A stretch of DNA of 64,000 bases from Bacteroidales bacterium (GCA_036655355.1 JAVVQG010000008.1:30404-94403); one strand, 5' to 3'; numbered from the stretch's first letter, positions 18,563 through 29,080 are shown. A program made the numbers and translations. The notes: generated by a model from the sequence alone, not told the origin.

Positions 18563-19699
18563 ATGAAAAACACGATTTTGTATTGCTTTTTATTTTTAGG
18601 TACGATGGCGAGCCCAAAACTATCGGCTCAATTTCAGGAGAACACAACCCCGAATGAATCCTTTAAACCGGGGCAAATCTGGAAAGATGATCAAGGAAAA
18701 CACATTAATGCGCATGGAGGTGGTATTCTTTTCCATGAAGGAGTCTATTATTGGTATGGAGAACATAAAAGTGAAGATACAAGTTCAGCATTGGTAGGGG
18801 TTACGATTTATGCTTCTAAAGATCTATACAACTGGGTAAATCGTGGAGTTGCATTGTCTGTAATGCCTGAAGGGAGTGGACATAAGTTAGAGTCGGGTTG
18901 TGTCATTGAACGGCCAAAAGTGATTTACAATTCCCAAACGGGGAAGTTTGTAATGTGGTTTCACTTGGAACTAAAAGGGCAAGGATATAAGGCTGCAGAA
19001 TACGGCGTCGCTCAAAGCGATACCCCTTTCGGACCGTTTCAATTCCTATATGCCTCTCGCTCTTGTGCGGGCAAATGGCCTCAAAATATGACTGAATCGG
19101 AAATTCAAGTAGCCAACTCTTTGAAAAACGGTGAGTCGAAAGATTTAAGTTGGGCGGAATCCGTAAAATTAGGCAGCTTAATAGCACGGGACTTACAAAC
19201 GGGCCAGATGTCTCGCGATATGACACTTTTTGTAGATGACGATGGAAGTGCCTATCACATTTTTTCTTCGGAAGAAAATCAAACCTTGCATATTGCACAG
19301 CTCACCCCCGATTATTTACATCACACAGATAAATATGTACGCATCCTTCCGGGAGAACAAAATGAAGCACCGGCTATCTTTAAGAAAGACGGGGAGTATT
19401 GGATGATTAGTTCCGGGTGTACAGGGTGGAGTCCGAATAAAGCACGTCTTTCTAAAGCTTCTTCCATTTGGGGTCCATGGGAATCGCTTCCCAATCCATG
19501 CATCGGTGAAGGTGCCGAAAAAACCTTCTACTCCCAAAGTACGTATATCTTGCCGTTAGAAGGAACGAACAAACAATGGATATTCATGGCAGACCGTTGG
19601 CGTCCGGAAAATCCAATCGATGCCCGCTATATCTGGTTACCTATCAAATTCAATGAGGGCGTTCCCTATTTGGAATGGCAGGAGGAGTGGAAACGTTGA
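18563..19699 (+). CDS. secreted glycoside hydrolase family 43-like protein
   Basis: The signal peptide begins at the internal ATG (MKNTILYCFLFLGTMASPKLSAQ). Five-bladed-propeller GH43-type motifs are present (HAHGGGILFHEGVYYWYGEH, VIERPKVIY, SRDMTLFVDDDGSAYHIFSSEEN, EAPAIFKKDGEYWMISSGCTGW). Confidence 0.75.
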   Translation: MKNTILYCFLFLGTMASPKLSAQFQENTTPNESFKPGQIWKDDQGKHINAHGGGILFHEGVYYWYGEHKSEDTSSALVGVTIYASKDLYNWVNRGVALSVMPEGSGHKLESGCVIERPKVIYNSQTGKFVMWFHLELKGQGYKAAEYGVAQSDTPFGPFQFLYASRSCAGKWPQNMTESEIQVANSLKNGESKDLSWAESVKLGSLIARDLQTGQMSRDMTLFVDDDGSAYHIFSSEENQTLHIAQLTPDYLHHTDKYVRILPGEQNEAPAIFKKDGEYWMISSGCTGWSPNKARLSKASSIWGPWESLPNPCIGEGAEKTFYSQSTYILPLEGTNKQWIFMADRWRPENPIDARYIWLPIKFNEGVPYLEWQEEWKR

Positions 19700-19700
19700 T

Positions 19701-20996
19701 TCAGAATCTGATCTTGAATCTTGTCAAGCCGTCCGAATAAGTGCGCAATGAGAAGGTGCAATGATGCTTGATCAACACTTCTCGGATGAATATAAGTCCG
19801 ATTCCTTGTCCGTTTGGTTTGGTGGAAAAGAAAGGCGTGAATAGTTTTATTTCCACATCTTTACTTATACCTTTTCCTGTATCGGCGATCTCTATTGACA
19901 CTGGAGCCGAAGTGGTTTTAATATAAATTTTGCCGTCGTGAGTAATACTCTCGGCGGCATTTTTAATGATGTTAAGCATCACCTGCTCAAATAGAATCGT
20001 ATCTATTTTTGCTTTCGGAAGCTCAGTGCATAGATCAAGATGAAGTTCTATTTTGCGATTGGTGCATATATTTTCCATGAAGCGTTTGCAGATGGTTATG
20101 CGCTCATTGAGGTCCACAAGCTGTAATTGTGGTTCGGGAATCTTAATCACATTGGCAAAGTTGGTAATGAAACTACTCATGCTAAAACAACGTTCGATAC
20201 AAACCTTCATCACCTCGCGAAGGTCGTCGGTTTCGCTTTCATCCTGAAGGGCATCCTGCACGGTGTCGAGCGTGGATGTTATTCCGGCAACCGTGTTGTT
20301 AACTTCATGTGCGATCATGCGGATCACTTTTTCGTAAACTTTTTTTTCGGCTTTCACCACCTCAGACGTAAGGCTCTCTATAAGAATGAAAGGATGAGCA
20401 AATCCTCTATCCAGGAATGAAAGACGCGAACAACGATAGATCTTGGAGTCACTAAGACGTATGGTCTCTGTGGTATCTTTCTTCAGAAGTGATATGCCTT
20501 CGCCTAATGGAGATGTAAGTGCACTAAGCTGAAGTCCCTTCAGCTCATGCTCTGTTTTTGAATCAAGAAACGCTATCGCAGCTTTATTCACCATGGAAAT
20601 CTCTCCGTCGAAAGAAAGCAGTATGACACCCATCGGCGAAGCACTTACAAGCAGATCCAAAAAGTGATTTTGTTCTCGCAGTCTGAGGCGTTCATCCTTT
20701 AGTTGGTCCATCATTCGATTGAATACCTGAACAATCCGATCGGCCTCGGTTTGTCCCACCGGTGTAAGTCGACTGCTGAAATCCTGTTCACGAAGCAATT
20801 CCATCCCGTTACCGATCGTGTCGAGTGGCTTCACGGCTTTTCTATAAAGATAGATTATAAAAATAAGGGTGATACTAACCATACCCTCGGCAAAATAGAA
20901 CAGGACGCCCCCTTCTTTCATCGACAGTAAAAGAAGCAATCCCCATATAATTAACAGCAGTGCGGAGAGGATGGAGAATAGGAATTTCAGTTTCAT
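19701..20996 (-). CDS. sensor histidine kinase (NtrB-like; TM-HAMP-PAS-HisKA-HATPase)
   Basis: 431 aa with two N-terminal TM helices, H-box MIAHEVNNTVAGI, N-box NIIKNAAESI, and G-boxes DTGKGIS and GQGIGL. Confidence 0.9.
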   Translation of the reverse strand: MKLKFLFSILSALLLIIWGLLLLLSMKEGGVLFYFAEGMVSITLIFIIYLYRKAVKPLDTIGNGMELLREQDFSSRLTPVGQTEADRIVQVFNRMMDQLKDERLRLREQNHFLDLLVSASPMGVILLSFDGEISMVNKAAIAFLDSKTEHELKGLQLSALTSPLGEGISLLKKDTTETIRLSDSKIYRCSRLSFLDRGFAHPFILIESLTSEVVKAEKKVYEKVIRMIAHEVNNTVAGITSTLDTVQDALQDESETDDLREVMKVCIERCFSMSSFITNFANVIKIPEPQLQLVDLNERITICKRFMENICTNRKIELHLDLCTELPKAKIDTILFEQVMLNIIKNAAESITHDGKIYIKTTSAPVSIEIADTGKGISKDVEIKLFTPFFSTKPNGQGIGLIFIREVLIKHHCTFSLRTYSDGLTRFKIRF

Positions 20997-21008
20997 GGTA
21001 CGATTGGA

Positions 21009-22370
21009 TTATTGATTTTCGTCGAAACGAATGTTGTATTTTTCCAGACGCCGATAAAGAGCTGCACGACTTATACCCAGCGTCTGCGACGTTTTGGACA
21101 GGTTGCCATGATGTTTCTCTAGAACCCCGCCAATTGTCTGGCGCTCGATCTCTTCCAGTGTCATCCCATGTGTTCTGAGTTGGTTCGTGTGAGCGTGTAG
21201 GTGATGATGTTGAGATCTAAAATCTTCCACTGATAGCAAATTTTTACCACTCACAAGTATTGTTCGCTCGATGAGATTCTTTAATTCGCGTATGTTACCC
21301 GGATAAGAGAGCGAACAAAGATATTCCATTGCATCGTCTGTGAAGTCAACCACCGCCAGACCATTTTCTTCGCATTGTTTTTTTGCAAAGTAACGTACAA
21401 GGAGGGGAATATCTTCACGGCGCTCGCAGAGAGGAGGCACATGAACCGTAATTAAGTTTATGCGATAGAACAGATCTTCACGAAAAGAATGCTCCTTAAT
21501 CAGTGTATGTAAATCTGCATTCGTGGCGCTTACTACTCTGATATCTACTTTGTGGGGAGTACTGTCGCCCAACACCTCGAATGTCTGTTCCTGAAGCACA
21601 CGAAGTAGCTTGACTTGACAACTGAGGTCCAATTCTCCTATCTCGTCAAGAAAGATGGTTCCTCCGTTTGCTATTTCAAACCTACCGATACGGTCTGCGG
21701 TCGCATCTGTGAAAGCTCCTTTTTTATGACCAAACATCTCGCTTTCGAATAGATTCTGTGAAATACCACCAAGATTAACCTTTACAAATGCATTCTTAGC
21801 GCGTGAACTATTTCGATGAATCGCTTCGGCGATCAACTCTTTGCCTGTGCCACTGTCGCCTGTTATGAGAACAGAAGCGTTGGTATGGGCAATTCGCTTG
21901 ATTGTGTTTAGTATATCCATCAGCCCGCTGCTGTTGCCAATGATATTACTTCGGTCAAAGTTGTCGTTTTCGTTTATGCTCGCACTCGATTGTTTACGCT
22001 CATTGCTAATTTCCAAGGCCGTTTGAATACGTTGCAGAAGTGCTATGTTGTTCCATGGTTTGGTTACGAAGTCGAACGCTCCTGCCTGCATTCCTTGCAC
22101 AGCCAGTTCGATGCTTCCCCATGCGGTAATCAAAATCACCGGTACATCCGGACGAAAGATTTTTGTTTGCTTTAGAAGTGTAAGACCTTCATCTCCACTT
22201 GTCGAGAGACTGAAATTCATATCCATAAGGATCAGCTCGGGTGCCTCCGTTCGTATTATTGCCAGCGCCTCCTGAGGTGTAGCTGCCGTGCGCACTTCAT
22301 ATTTCGCCCTTTTCAGCAGTATGCCGAGCGAGGAACGTATCGAACTGTCATCGTCAATTATAAGTATCAT
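21009..22370 (-). CDS. sigma54-dependent response regulator (NtrC family)
   Basis: 453 aa. The receiver domain shows MILIIDDD...LILMDMNF. The AAA+ domain has Walker A GDSGTGKE and the GAFTGA-type loop (GHKKGAFTDA). The C-terminal Fis-type HTH is LSKTSQTLGISRAALYRRL. Confidence 0.95.
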   Translation of the reverse strand: MILIIDDDSSIRSSLGILLKRAKYEVRTAATPQEALAIIRTEAPELILMDMNFSLSTSGDEGLTLLKQTKIFRPDVPVILITAWGSIELAVQGMQAGAFDFVTKPWNNIALLQRIQTALEISNERKQSSASINENDNFDRSNIIGNSSGLMDILNTIKRIAHTNASVLITGDSGTGKELIAEAIHRNSSRAKNAFVKVNLGGISQNLFESEMFGHKKGAFTDATADRIGRFEIANGGTIFLDEIGELDLSCQVKLLRVLQEQTFEVLGDSTPHKVDIRVVSATNADLHTLIKEHSFREDLFYRINLITVHVPPLCERREDIPLLVRYFAKKQCEENGLAVVDFTDDAMEYLCSLSYPGNIRELKNLIERTILVSGKNLLSVEDFRSQHHHLHAHTNQLRTHGMTLEEIERQTIGGVLEKHHGNLSKTSQTLGISRAALYRRLEKYNIRFDENQ

Positions 22371-22386
22371 AGTGGGAACAAAGGTA

Positions 22387-23883
22387 TCATTGTTTTATAA
22401 TTTTTTCAAAATCAAAATTAATATTCCTATTATTTTGAAAGTCCCATAAGGTAAGACTACGGATCTGATAATAGTAATACCAAAAATAGAAAAGTTGACT
22501 GATATGTTTCTGACGGGCTTCATCTTTTTTTAGTTGGGAGTCGTTGAGGTCGAGGGTTGATATTTTTCCAATCAGAAATGTCTCAACATTGGTGTTATAG
22601 CGTTTCTGAGCTATTTTGTCGGCAACAGAGGCGATATCGAGCTGTGTGAGTTGATTGTTATATTGTTCCACAAGAATAAAAATATTCTGATTAAAATTCA
22701 TCGTTTCCTGGCGCAATTTACTCTCCGTAACCTGTCGGTTGCTTTCGGCCACTTTCACTTTGCCGTGACGTTTCCCCCAATCGATCAGCGGGATCTTGAC
22801 GCCCACCTTCACGATTTGATTGTCTTTTAAATAATTATAAACTTCCCCTATTTCCTGATTCATTCCCGTATAGCCAATTTGGGCGAATAATGAAATTTCT
22901 CTCCTATTGCCTTTCGCTTTCGCTACCTCATAGTCGGCTTCCAATTGTCGCCTCCGGATGTTGTGAGCAAACGAATTATTGGCGAGCGATTTATTGAGCA
23001 CATCCTGATAGTTAAGCACTACTGAGGGAAGCGTATCGGGGACGATCGGATCGAGCTCTTCATTTTCACTAAGAGCCAGAAACGAACGCAGTTTGAACAT
23101 ATTGCTTTTTTGAGAACTTTCATTGTCGGTAAGGGTAGAGCGAGCATTGAGAACATTCAACTCCAACTGCAGAAGATCATTCTCACTGATTTGTCCCATT
23201 TGGCGCTTTGCTTTTGCAACTTCATGAAGTTTGATTGCATTCGAAAGATTCTGTTTGGCAATGATGACATTTTCTTGTGCCAAAAGCAGGTTGAAGAAGT
23301 TATTGATGGCTTTCATTGTCACCTCTTCGGTTGCTGAAAGAAAAGAAGCTTTTGCTTCGGCATAGCGTACCGGCTCAATCCGACGGTTCCATTTCGTGTT
23401 GTTTACCCCGAAAATCGGTTGATTGATCGTTAGCGCTATCGGAACTGACATAAATCTTTTTGTTTTGTCTCCGTCCAGTTGCTGAAGATAATCTAATGAA
23501 GTTTTAAGTGACAAAGTACCCCCTGTCAACCAGATATTCTGGTCTATGGAAAATGCACCGTTCATGTCCATATAGTCATTTCGAACAAAGGTGTAGGTTC
23601 CGTCTTCCGTCTGATAGGAATTATATTTTTTATTATAATCCGGAACCGTGGCAATGAAGTTCATCTCGGGCAGAAGATTTGCTTTGTAGGTGCGATATTC
23701 CCAATAGGCCGTTTTCAACTCGTTTAGCGCTGTCGCCGCATCAACACTTTGTGCTCTGGCGATCAAGATTACCTCCTCGAGCGTAATAGAGCGTGTTTGA
23801 TTCGTTTCTTGTGCCCACAATGCGATGACGTGTGTTGAAAATATCAGCGAAACGAATAGGACGAATAATCGGTTTATCATCAT
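22387..23883 (-). CDS. TolC-family outer membrane efflux protein
   Basis: 498 aa with a signal peptide and two OEP-type coiled-coil/beta repeats. It sits in the efflux operon. Confidence 0.85.
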   Translation of the reverse strand: MMINRLFVLFVSLIFSTHVIALWAQETNQTRSITLEEVILIARAQSVDAATALNELKTAYWEYRTYKANLLPEMNFIATVPDYNKKYNSYQTEDGTYTFVRNDYMDMNGAFSIDQNIWLTGGTLSLKTSLDYLQQLDGDKTKRFMSVPIALTINQPIFGVNNTKWNRRIEPVRYAEAKASFLSATEEVTMKAINNFFNLLLAQENVIIAKQNLSNAIKLHEVAKAKRQMGQISENDLLQLELNVLNARSTLTDNESSQKSNMFKLRSFLALSENEELDPIVPDTLPSVVLNYQDVLNKSLANNSFAHNIRRRQLEADYEVAKAKGNRREISLFAQIGYTGMNQEIGEVYNYLKDNQIVKVGVKIPLIDWGKRHGKVKVAESNRQVTESKLRQETMNFNQNIFILVEQYNNQLTQLDIASVADKIAQKRYNTNVETFLIGKISTLDLNDSQLKKDEARQKHISQLFYFWYYYYQIRSLTLWDFQNNRNINFDFEKIIKQ

Positions 23884-23904
23884 GGTATTTAATTTATTGC
23901 GCAG

Positions 23905-24576
23905 TTATTCCACTTGTCTTCCATCAAAGAATCGAATCGTTCGAGAGGTTTGTTTCGCTTGCTCCTCATTGTGTGTCACCATAACGATTGTTCTATGATC
24001 CTCTTTGTTGAGCTTATGCAACAAATCCATCACATCGATACCCATCTTGGAGTCGAGATTTCCCGTAGGCTCATCGGCAAGGATTATCTCCGGATTGCCA
24101 ATGATGGCACGGGCGATCGCTACACGCTGACATTGTCCTCCCGATAGCTGCGTAGGCATGTGACGCATGCGATGGCTTAGTTCGACCCGCTCGAGTACCT
24201 CCTTGGCAAGGCGAGAACGCTCCGAAGATGAAATATTTCGGTAGAGTAGTGGAAGTTCCACATTGTCCAGCACATTGAGCGAATTGATAAGGTGGAACGA
24301 CTGAAACACGAAACCAAGGTTGCGGTTACGAAACGCCGCCAGCTCTTTGTCGCTCATGTGATCTACAGAAGTGCCATCAATCTCAATGGTTCCGCTAGTT
24401 GGCGTATCGAGCAATCCCATAATGTTGAGCAGCGTAGATTTTCCACATCCGGAGGGTCCCATTATACTCAGGAATTCTCCTTTTTCCACCTCCAAATTTA
24501 CATGTTCCAAAGCCTGTGTCTCAATTTCGTCTGTGCGATAGATTTTATTTATTCCGCTAAGTTTAATCATTGTCAT
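23905..24576 (-). CDS. ABC transporter ATP-binding protein (MacB/LolD-type)
   Basis: 223 aa with Walker A GPSGCGKST, signature LSGGQCQRVAIARA and Walker B ILADEPTGNLD. Confidence 0.95.
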   Translation of the reverse strand: MTMIKLSGINKIYRTDEIETQALEHVNLEVEKGEFLSIMGPSGCGKSTLLNIMGLLDTPTSGTIEIDGTSVDHMSDKELAAFRNRNLGFVFQSFHLINSLNVLDNVELPLLYRNISSSERSRLAKEVLERVELSHRMRHMPTQLSGGQCQRVAIARAIIGNPEIILADEPTGNLDSKMGIDVMDLLHKLNKEDHRTIVMVTHNEEQAKQTSRTIRFFDGRQVE

Positions 24577-24597
24577 AATCGTTGTATTTTTTAATTA

Positions 24598-25878
24598 TTA
24601 TTCATCTCTAAGAGCATCTGTCGGGGGGATTCTGCTAATACTTCTCGCAGGTACGTATATCCCTATACTTACTATTATGAGTAGGATAATCCAGATGATG
24701 GCGCTAACTCCGATGAAGTGCATGGTGAAATTGTTTATCCAATAGGGAAGCAGCTGGTCCGCACTGTCCCACATATTCGTGTATAATCCCTCTTTTAAAG
24801 CAAACTGCAAATAAATAATACATCCTATAAGCGTTCCCATTGTAGTTAACATTAAGCCTTCCCCTAGAAACAACCTGAGAATAGAAAGTGAACTTCCGCC
24901 AAAACTTTTCAAAACACCTATCTCTTCTCGGCGACTCCGGGTTTGTATCCAGAAAGTGCCAAATACGCCAAGGCATAGGTTTATGAGGAAGAAGGATCCT
25001 AGAATCAGGTTTACCCTATACGTATAGTTTACGGCATTCTCTTCTGCATTTTCTTCAATCAAATCCCTATAGCTGGAGATGTTTTGTACATAAAGATTAC
25101 CTATTCTAAGATTGTTGTTACTCCATTCTCTTAAGTCTTCAACGAAGCGCCGTTCATCTACATTTGACTTTTTTCGAAGAAGGATAACTACATCTTCCGG
25201 AATATTTGCTGCATCAAGAGCGATTGGCATTAGCAATACGTTTGATGGTTGCATTCCTGCACGCATAATTAATCTACCGATACTGCCTTTTGCAATATAT
25301 TTTATACTGTCTGTTTTCGTCTCTTTGAAATTATATCCTATAGAAGGAGTGGTTGACTTCGGATGAAGCGTCATTATTATTTCTTTATTGGCAAAAGTCA
25401 ATTGATCTAATTGCTCATTTGTCTGTCCCTCCACTTCGTCGAAGCCAATCGTGCGGAAGAAGTCCGACTGCGGTTCGAAATACATAAACCAATAGTTGTA
25501 GACATTCGCAGAGTCCTCTTCAATGATCGTAGTGGAAGAACTTTGGCAAAAAGGCCCTAATCCATTAAACATCATTGTGGCGGACGCTACATCTTTATGA
25601 TTTCTTAGGGTAGCAATCAGCGTACGCATGCTCTTTATTTTTGCTTCGGCGCTATCTTCTTCAGCTTTATAGTTGTTTGTCGTTGGTAGCCAGGAAGAAA
25701 GCGTCACCCTATACAGTCCCTCTTGGGTGATTCCATTTGGAAGAGACTGATCGTGAAATGTTACGATTATAGGATCTATATTAAGCCACATGATGAAGCT
25801 GATAATAATAATTTCGGTTAGCAGCCAGCCGTTTCGACCGCGATGAGCCCAAAGATTTTTGAATATTAAGTGTATCAT
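24598..25878 (-). CDS. ABC transporter permease, FtsX/MacB-like
   Basis: An N-terminal TM is followed by a large periplasmic domain and a C-terminal FtsX 3-TM bundle. The start is set at the internal ATG (MIHLIFKNLWAHRGRNGW) to avoid overlapping the upstream permease. Confidence 0.8.
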   Translation of the reverse strand: MIHLIFKNLWAHRGRNGWLLTEIIIISFIMWLNIDPIIVTFHDQSLPNGITQEGLYRVTLSSWLPTTNNYKAEEDSAEAKIKSMRTLIATLRNHKDVASATMMFNGLGPFCQSSSTTIIEEDSANVYNYWFMYFEPQSDFFRTIGFDEVEGQTNEQLDQLTFANKEIIMTLHPKSTTPSIGYNFKETKTDSIKYIAKGSIGRLIMRAGMQPSNVLLMPIALDAANIPEDVVILLRKKSNVDERRFVEDLREWSNNNLRIGNLYVQNISSYRDLIEENAEENAVNYTYRVNLILGSFFLINLCLGVFGTFWIQTRSRREEIGVLKSFGGSSLSILRLFLGEGLMLTTMGTLIGCIIYLQFALKEGLYTNMWDSADQLLPYWINNFTMHFIGVSAIIWIILLIIVSIGIYVPARSISRIPPTDALRDE

Positions 25879-25892
25879 GTCTGTTGATCTTG

Positions 25893-27200
25893 TTATTTTT
25901 TTTGATTCAATGAGTAGACGATGTTCTTTCTGAGTGATCGCCATGCCGGAATAAGCGCCGCTCCCAGATTAAGCAGTGCACATAATGTAAAAGCGATTAG
26001 AAATAAAACCGGAGAGAAAAGCATATCAGCTCTTATGATGGTATCTACTCCTTCCGGCGCCTTTTCTCCATATTTTTCGAACATCGTGAACACCCAGTTA
26101 CGGCCTATGACCAAGGTGCTCCATGCGATGATTAATCCGAGTAGACCTCCAATACAGGTGAGTATCAGGTTTTCGTTAAGGACTTGCAGTAGTAAATGTT
26201 TTTTTGTAGCTCCGAACGCTTTCTGTATCCCCATCTCCGGAAGTCGACTTTCCATTCTGAAACTGATCATACCTATAAGATTTAGAGCAGGGACCAAAAG
26301 AAACATAAAAACAAGCATCCCCCAATCGCTAACTATTCTCGAAAAGTCCAACGGCTGATTTCCGCGACGATAGGTGCTTTTCCAATGTATATCCGGTCCT
26401 CCCAAAGTAAGTTCGCTATCTTTCATTGAAGCGTTATATTTTCGTACCAGTTCGTTTGTCTCTTTCTCGAGAGCAGCCCCCTGTTCTTTATTTTTAATCT
26501 TGAAATAGACGGTATATCCACCTGTCACATTATTATCGTTATCCTTATCATATCCTCGGCATATCGTATAGGGAAGGTATATTTGAGCAAAAGAGTTGGG
26601 AGTCAAGATGCTCGCGTCTTTAACGACTCCGGCTACTCTGTACTCGTTGAAGTTAACACTGAATCTCTTTCCCTGCGCTTTTATGGTTCCAAATATGCGT
26701 TTTGCTGTAGACTCAGTGATTACTGCATTCATAACTCCACTTTCAAAATCTTCTCTGCTAAACGGTGTCCCTTCTTTGAACTCAAAATTAAATACCTCGA
26801 AGAATTCCGGATCTGTGTATTTTACTTTGACTTTTATATTATCAATGTAATTTTTGTTTGGAGACGTAAATTGAATATAATCAGTAGTTTTCCAATTAAT
26901 ATATTCGGCTGATACCTTTTCGGTAGATTGTATCGTATACCACCAGTTTTGAACCAGATAGTATGAACTTCTCCAATTTGTTTGCCAATTATCCTTTGTG
27001 TTTTTTAAAGTAACCGACTTCAAAATATAAATTTGATTCCTGTTGTTTTCAGGATAGATGGGAGCAACCTTTATATAATGGAACATGAATATAATCATAG
27101 ACATAGCGATCGCCAATCCGGTGCCAATTATATAAAGCGTACTGAATAATTTATTCTGCATCAGCATCGTCCAGGCTTGTTTAAAATAACGCGATTTCAT
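25893..27200 (-). CDS. ABC transporter permease, FtsX/MacB-like
   Basis: 435 aa with the same architecture as the neighbouring permease (MacB periplasmic domain plus FtsX C-terminus ...IPAWRSLRKNIVYSLN). Confidence 0.85.
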   Translation of the reverse strand: MKSRYFKQAWTMLMQNKLFSTLYIIGTGLAIAMSMIIFMFHYIKVAPIYPENNRNQIYILKSVTLKNTKDNWQTNWRSSYYLVQNWWYTIQSTEKVSAEYINWKTTDYIQFTSPNKNYIDNIKVKVKYTDPEFFEVFNFEFKEGTPFSREDFESGVMNAVITESTAKRIFGTIKAQGKRFSVNFNEYRVAGVVKDASILTPNSFAQIYLPYTICRGYDKDNDNNVTGGYTVYFKIKNKEQGAALEKETNELVRKYNASMKDSELTLGGPDIHWKSTYRRGNQPLDFSRIVSDWGMLVFMFLLVPALNLIGMISFRMESRLPEMGIQKAFGATKKHLLLQVLNENLILTCIGGLLGLIIAWSTLVIGRNWVFTMFEKYGEKAPEGVDTIIRADMLFSPVLFLIAFTLCALLNLGAALIPAWRSLRKNIVYSLNQKK

Positions 27201-27201
27201 T

Positions 27202-28449
27202 TCAATTGATTTTTAGTTTGTTTTTATTCCGATATTCACCCATGTCGCTCACAACCACCTGTTCGCCTTTTTTCAGTCCGCTCACAACTTCGACATACTC
27301 GAAGTTACTGTCGCCGAGCACCACTTTTCTGCGCACCAACTCATTTTCATTATCCAGCACAAACAGTTGATATTCACCGGCTCCTATATAATAAGAAGCG
27401 TTAGCGATTCGCATGACATTCTCCTTTATTGCGGTCATTACATATACATCTGTTTTCAGACCTGAACGCAGTCGCTTATTGCTATCCGAATCTAATTGAA
27501 CGCTGAAAGCCACCACGCCATTACGACTAAGGGGAGTAATGCTGCTTACGGTACCCGGTAGTTTTTCGCCGCCTATTTTTACGAGAGCCTTCGCTCCTAC
27601 CAAAACCCGATCACTATAGCTGTCTGCAATCTCAGCATCTACTTTGAAGCGACTAAGATCCGAAACTATTGCAACCTGACTGCCTTGTGAGATCTGAGCA
27701 CCCACTTGATTGTTGATGTAGGTAAGTGTAGCTTTCCGCGGCGACCGTATCTGAGCATCGTCGAGCGTGCGCTTGGTTTCTGCCATTCCTTTCAGAAAAA
27801 TGTTGAGTTCGAGTTCGCGCACTTTTAACTCTGAATCTTTGACTAGCTGCTCATTCGCATACTGCTGCCTAAGTTGTTCCAATTCGAGTTTGCCTGTATT
27901 ATAGGCAAGTTCCACTTGCCGAACCTTGTCGGTGGTACCCGATCCGAGACTGTCAAGATATTGCTCATTGCGCAACTCCACTTCCATCCGATTAAGTTTC
28001 ATTGCCGATACTTTCACCTTCATTTCGAGGTCGCTCAGATACGTATGGTTGTTTATTTTGAGTTGTTCGAGTTGATAACGCTTCATCTGCTCTTCGTCGA
28101 GAAGTTTTTTATAATCTGTTTCAGCACTTTGAAGGTCGAGTTTCAGTATGGGAGTCCCCACATTAACCGTGTCGCCCCCTTTGCGATATACCTCTACAAT
28201 TCTTGTGTTTATAGGCGAGTTTATAATCTCTTCGAAAGCCGGAACGACTCTTCCCGATGCACTCACACTCACTTCAATCATTCCTTCGCTTACTTCCGAA
28301 AAATTGAGATTTTTAAGATTAACCTTGCTTTGCATGATAGAAAATAAGATGCTGATGCCAATTATAGAACCTGCGGCAATACTTCCAAATTTAATTATCT
28401 TCTTTTTACATCTCTTTTTGCGAATATCCTTCGGAATTTCTCTGTCCAT
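27202..28449 (-). CDS. HlyD-family efflux periplasmic adaptor
   Basis: 415 aa with an N-terminal anchor, a biotinyl-lipoyl-like hairpin, a long coiled coil and a beta-barrel domain. It is the first gene of the efflux operon. Confidence 0.9.
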   Translation of the reverse strand: MDREIPKDIRKKRCKKKIIKFGSIAAGSIIGISILFSIMQSKVNLKNLNFSEVSEGMIEVSVSASGRVVPAFEEIINSPINTRIVEVYRKGGDTVNVGTPILKLDLQSAETDYKKLLDEEQMKRYQLEQLKINNHTYLSDLEMKVKVSAMKLNRMEVELRNEQYLDSLGSGTTDKVRQVELAYNTGKLELEQLRQQYANEQLVKDSELKVRELELNIFLKGMAETKRTLDDAQIRSPRKATLTYINNQVGAQISQGSQVAIVSDLSRFKVDAEIADSYSDRVLVGAKALVKIGGEKLPGTVSSITPLSRNGVVAFSVQLDSDSNKRLRSGLKTDVYVMTAIKENVMRIANASYYIGAGEYQLFVLDNENELVRRKVVLGDSNFEYVEVVSGLKKGEQVVVSDMGEYRNKNKLKIN

Positions 28450-28492
28450 ATTTATATTATTTCTTATTATCCACGATGTCGATCGATAATAT

Positions 28493-28507
28493 GCAATCCG
28501 TGTGCCA
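28493..28507 (-). promoter_or_regulatory. sigma54 (-24/-12) promoter of the efflux operon
   Basis: The minus strand reads cTGGCACacggaTTGCAt, a full match to TGGCAC-N5-TTGCW. It lies about 45 nt upstream of the hlyD-like ATG, and a sigma54-dependent activator is encoded in the same gene string. Confidence 0.75.
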
Positions 28508-28633
28508 GATTTTTAAAACAATGATAATCAATGGATTTGTGAAAAAGTAGCTGTTCGGAATCGGACACTTGTGTTCATTATCGTATTGTGAAACTTCTGA
28601 CTTTCTATATGAAAGTAAAATATCCCAAAAATG

Positions 28634-28892
28634 AAATTCTATTTTTTGAGAGTTATCTACCCAGAAGAATCTTTGGCTGGATAAACACCTTATTTACTCT
28701 TAATGCAAGAGATTATATAAAAGCAGAAAATCCAAGATAATCACAACGACGATCTTGGCTCTTCTGCTTTTACTATTGGACTATTATAATGGGTATTATG
28801 GAACGAGCTGATGACAAAGTTTATTACAGTCTCGAAATCACAGAAAAATCAAATGCTGCTTAACTTTGGTCCAACAAAAGATGGCAATTCCA
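28634..28892 (+). repeat. island intergenic repeat, copy A (full length, diverged)
   Basis: It shares aaattctatttt...ttatttactcttaatgcaagagattatataaaagcagaaaa-hairpin-tactattggactattataat...ggaacgagctgatgacaaagtttattacagtctcgaaatcacagaaaaatcaaatgctgcttaac...ggcaattcca with copies C, D and E. Its big hairpin carries 2 stem mismatches. Confidence 0.85.
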
Positions 28893-29080
28893 GCCGGATA
28901 ATCTATGATTTGTCTTTCATACGAATCATTTTAACCTTGCATTGGTTTGATAACACAAAGAAGTTAAATATTTTAGAGTATTCTATTATTCCTCTAACGA
29001 ATACTCCGTCTATGATGATTAGTGGTATACTTTTCAATGAGTATATAGATTTGCTCTTATTTCAAAAGTTCCTATGAAAT

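Noticed and set aside
28811-29077. 88-aa ORF in the track (MTKFITVSKSQKNQMLL...).
   Set aside because: Its 5' third is the conserved noncoding island repeat, and the same sequence recurs at 32341 and 41680 without an extended frame. The remainder is AT-rich filler with no start context, so it is most likely spurious.
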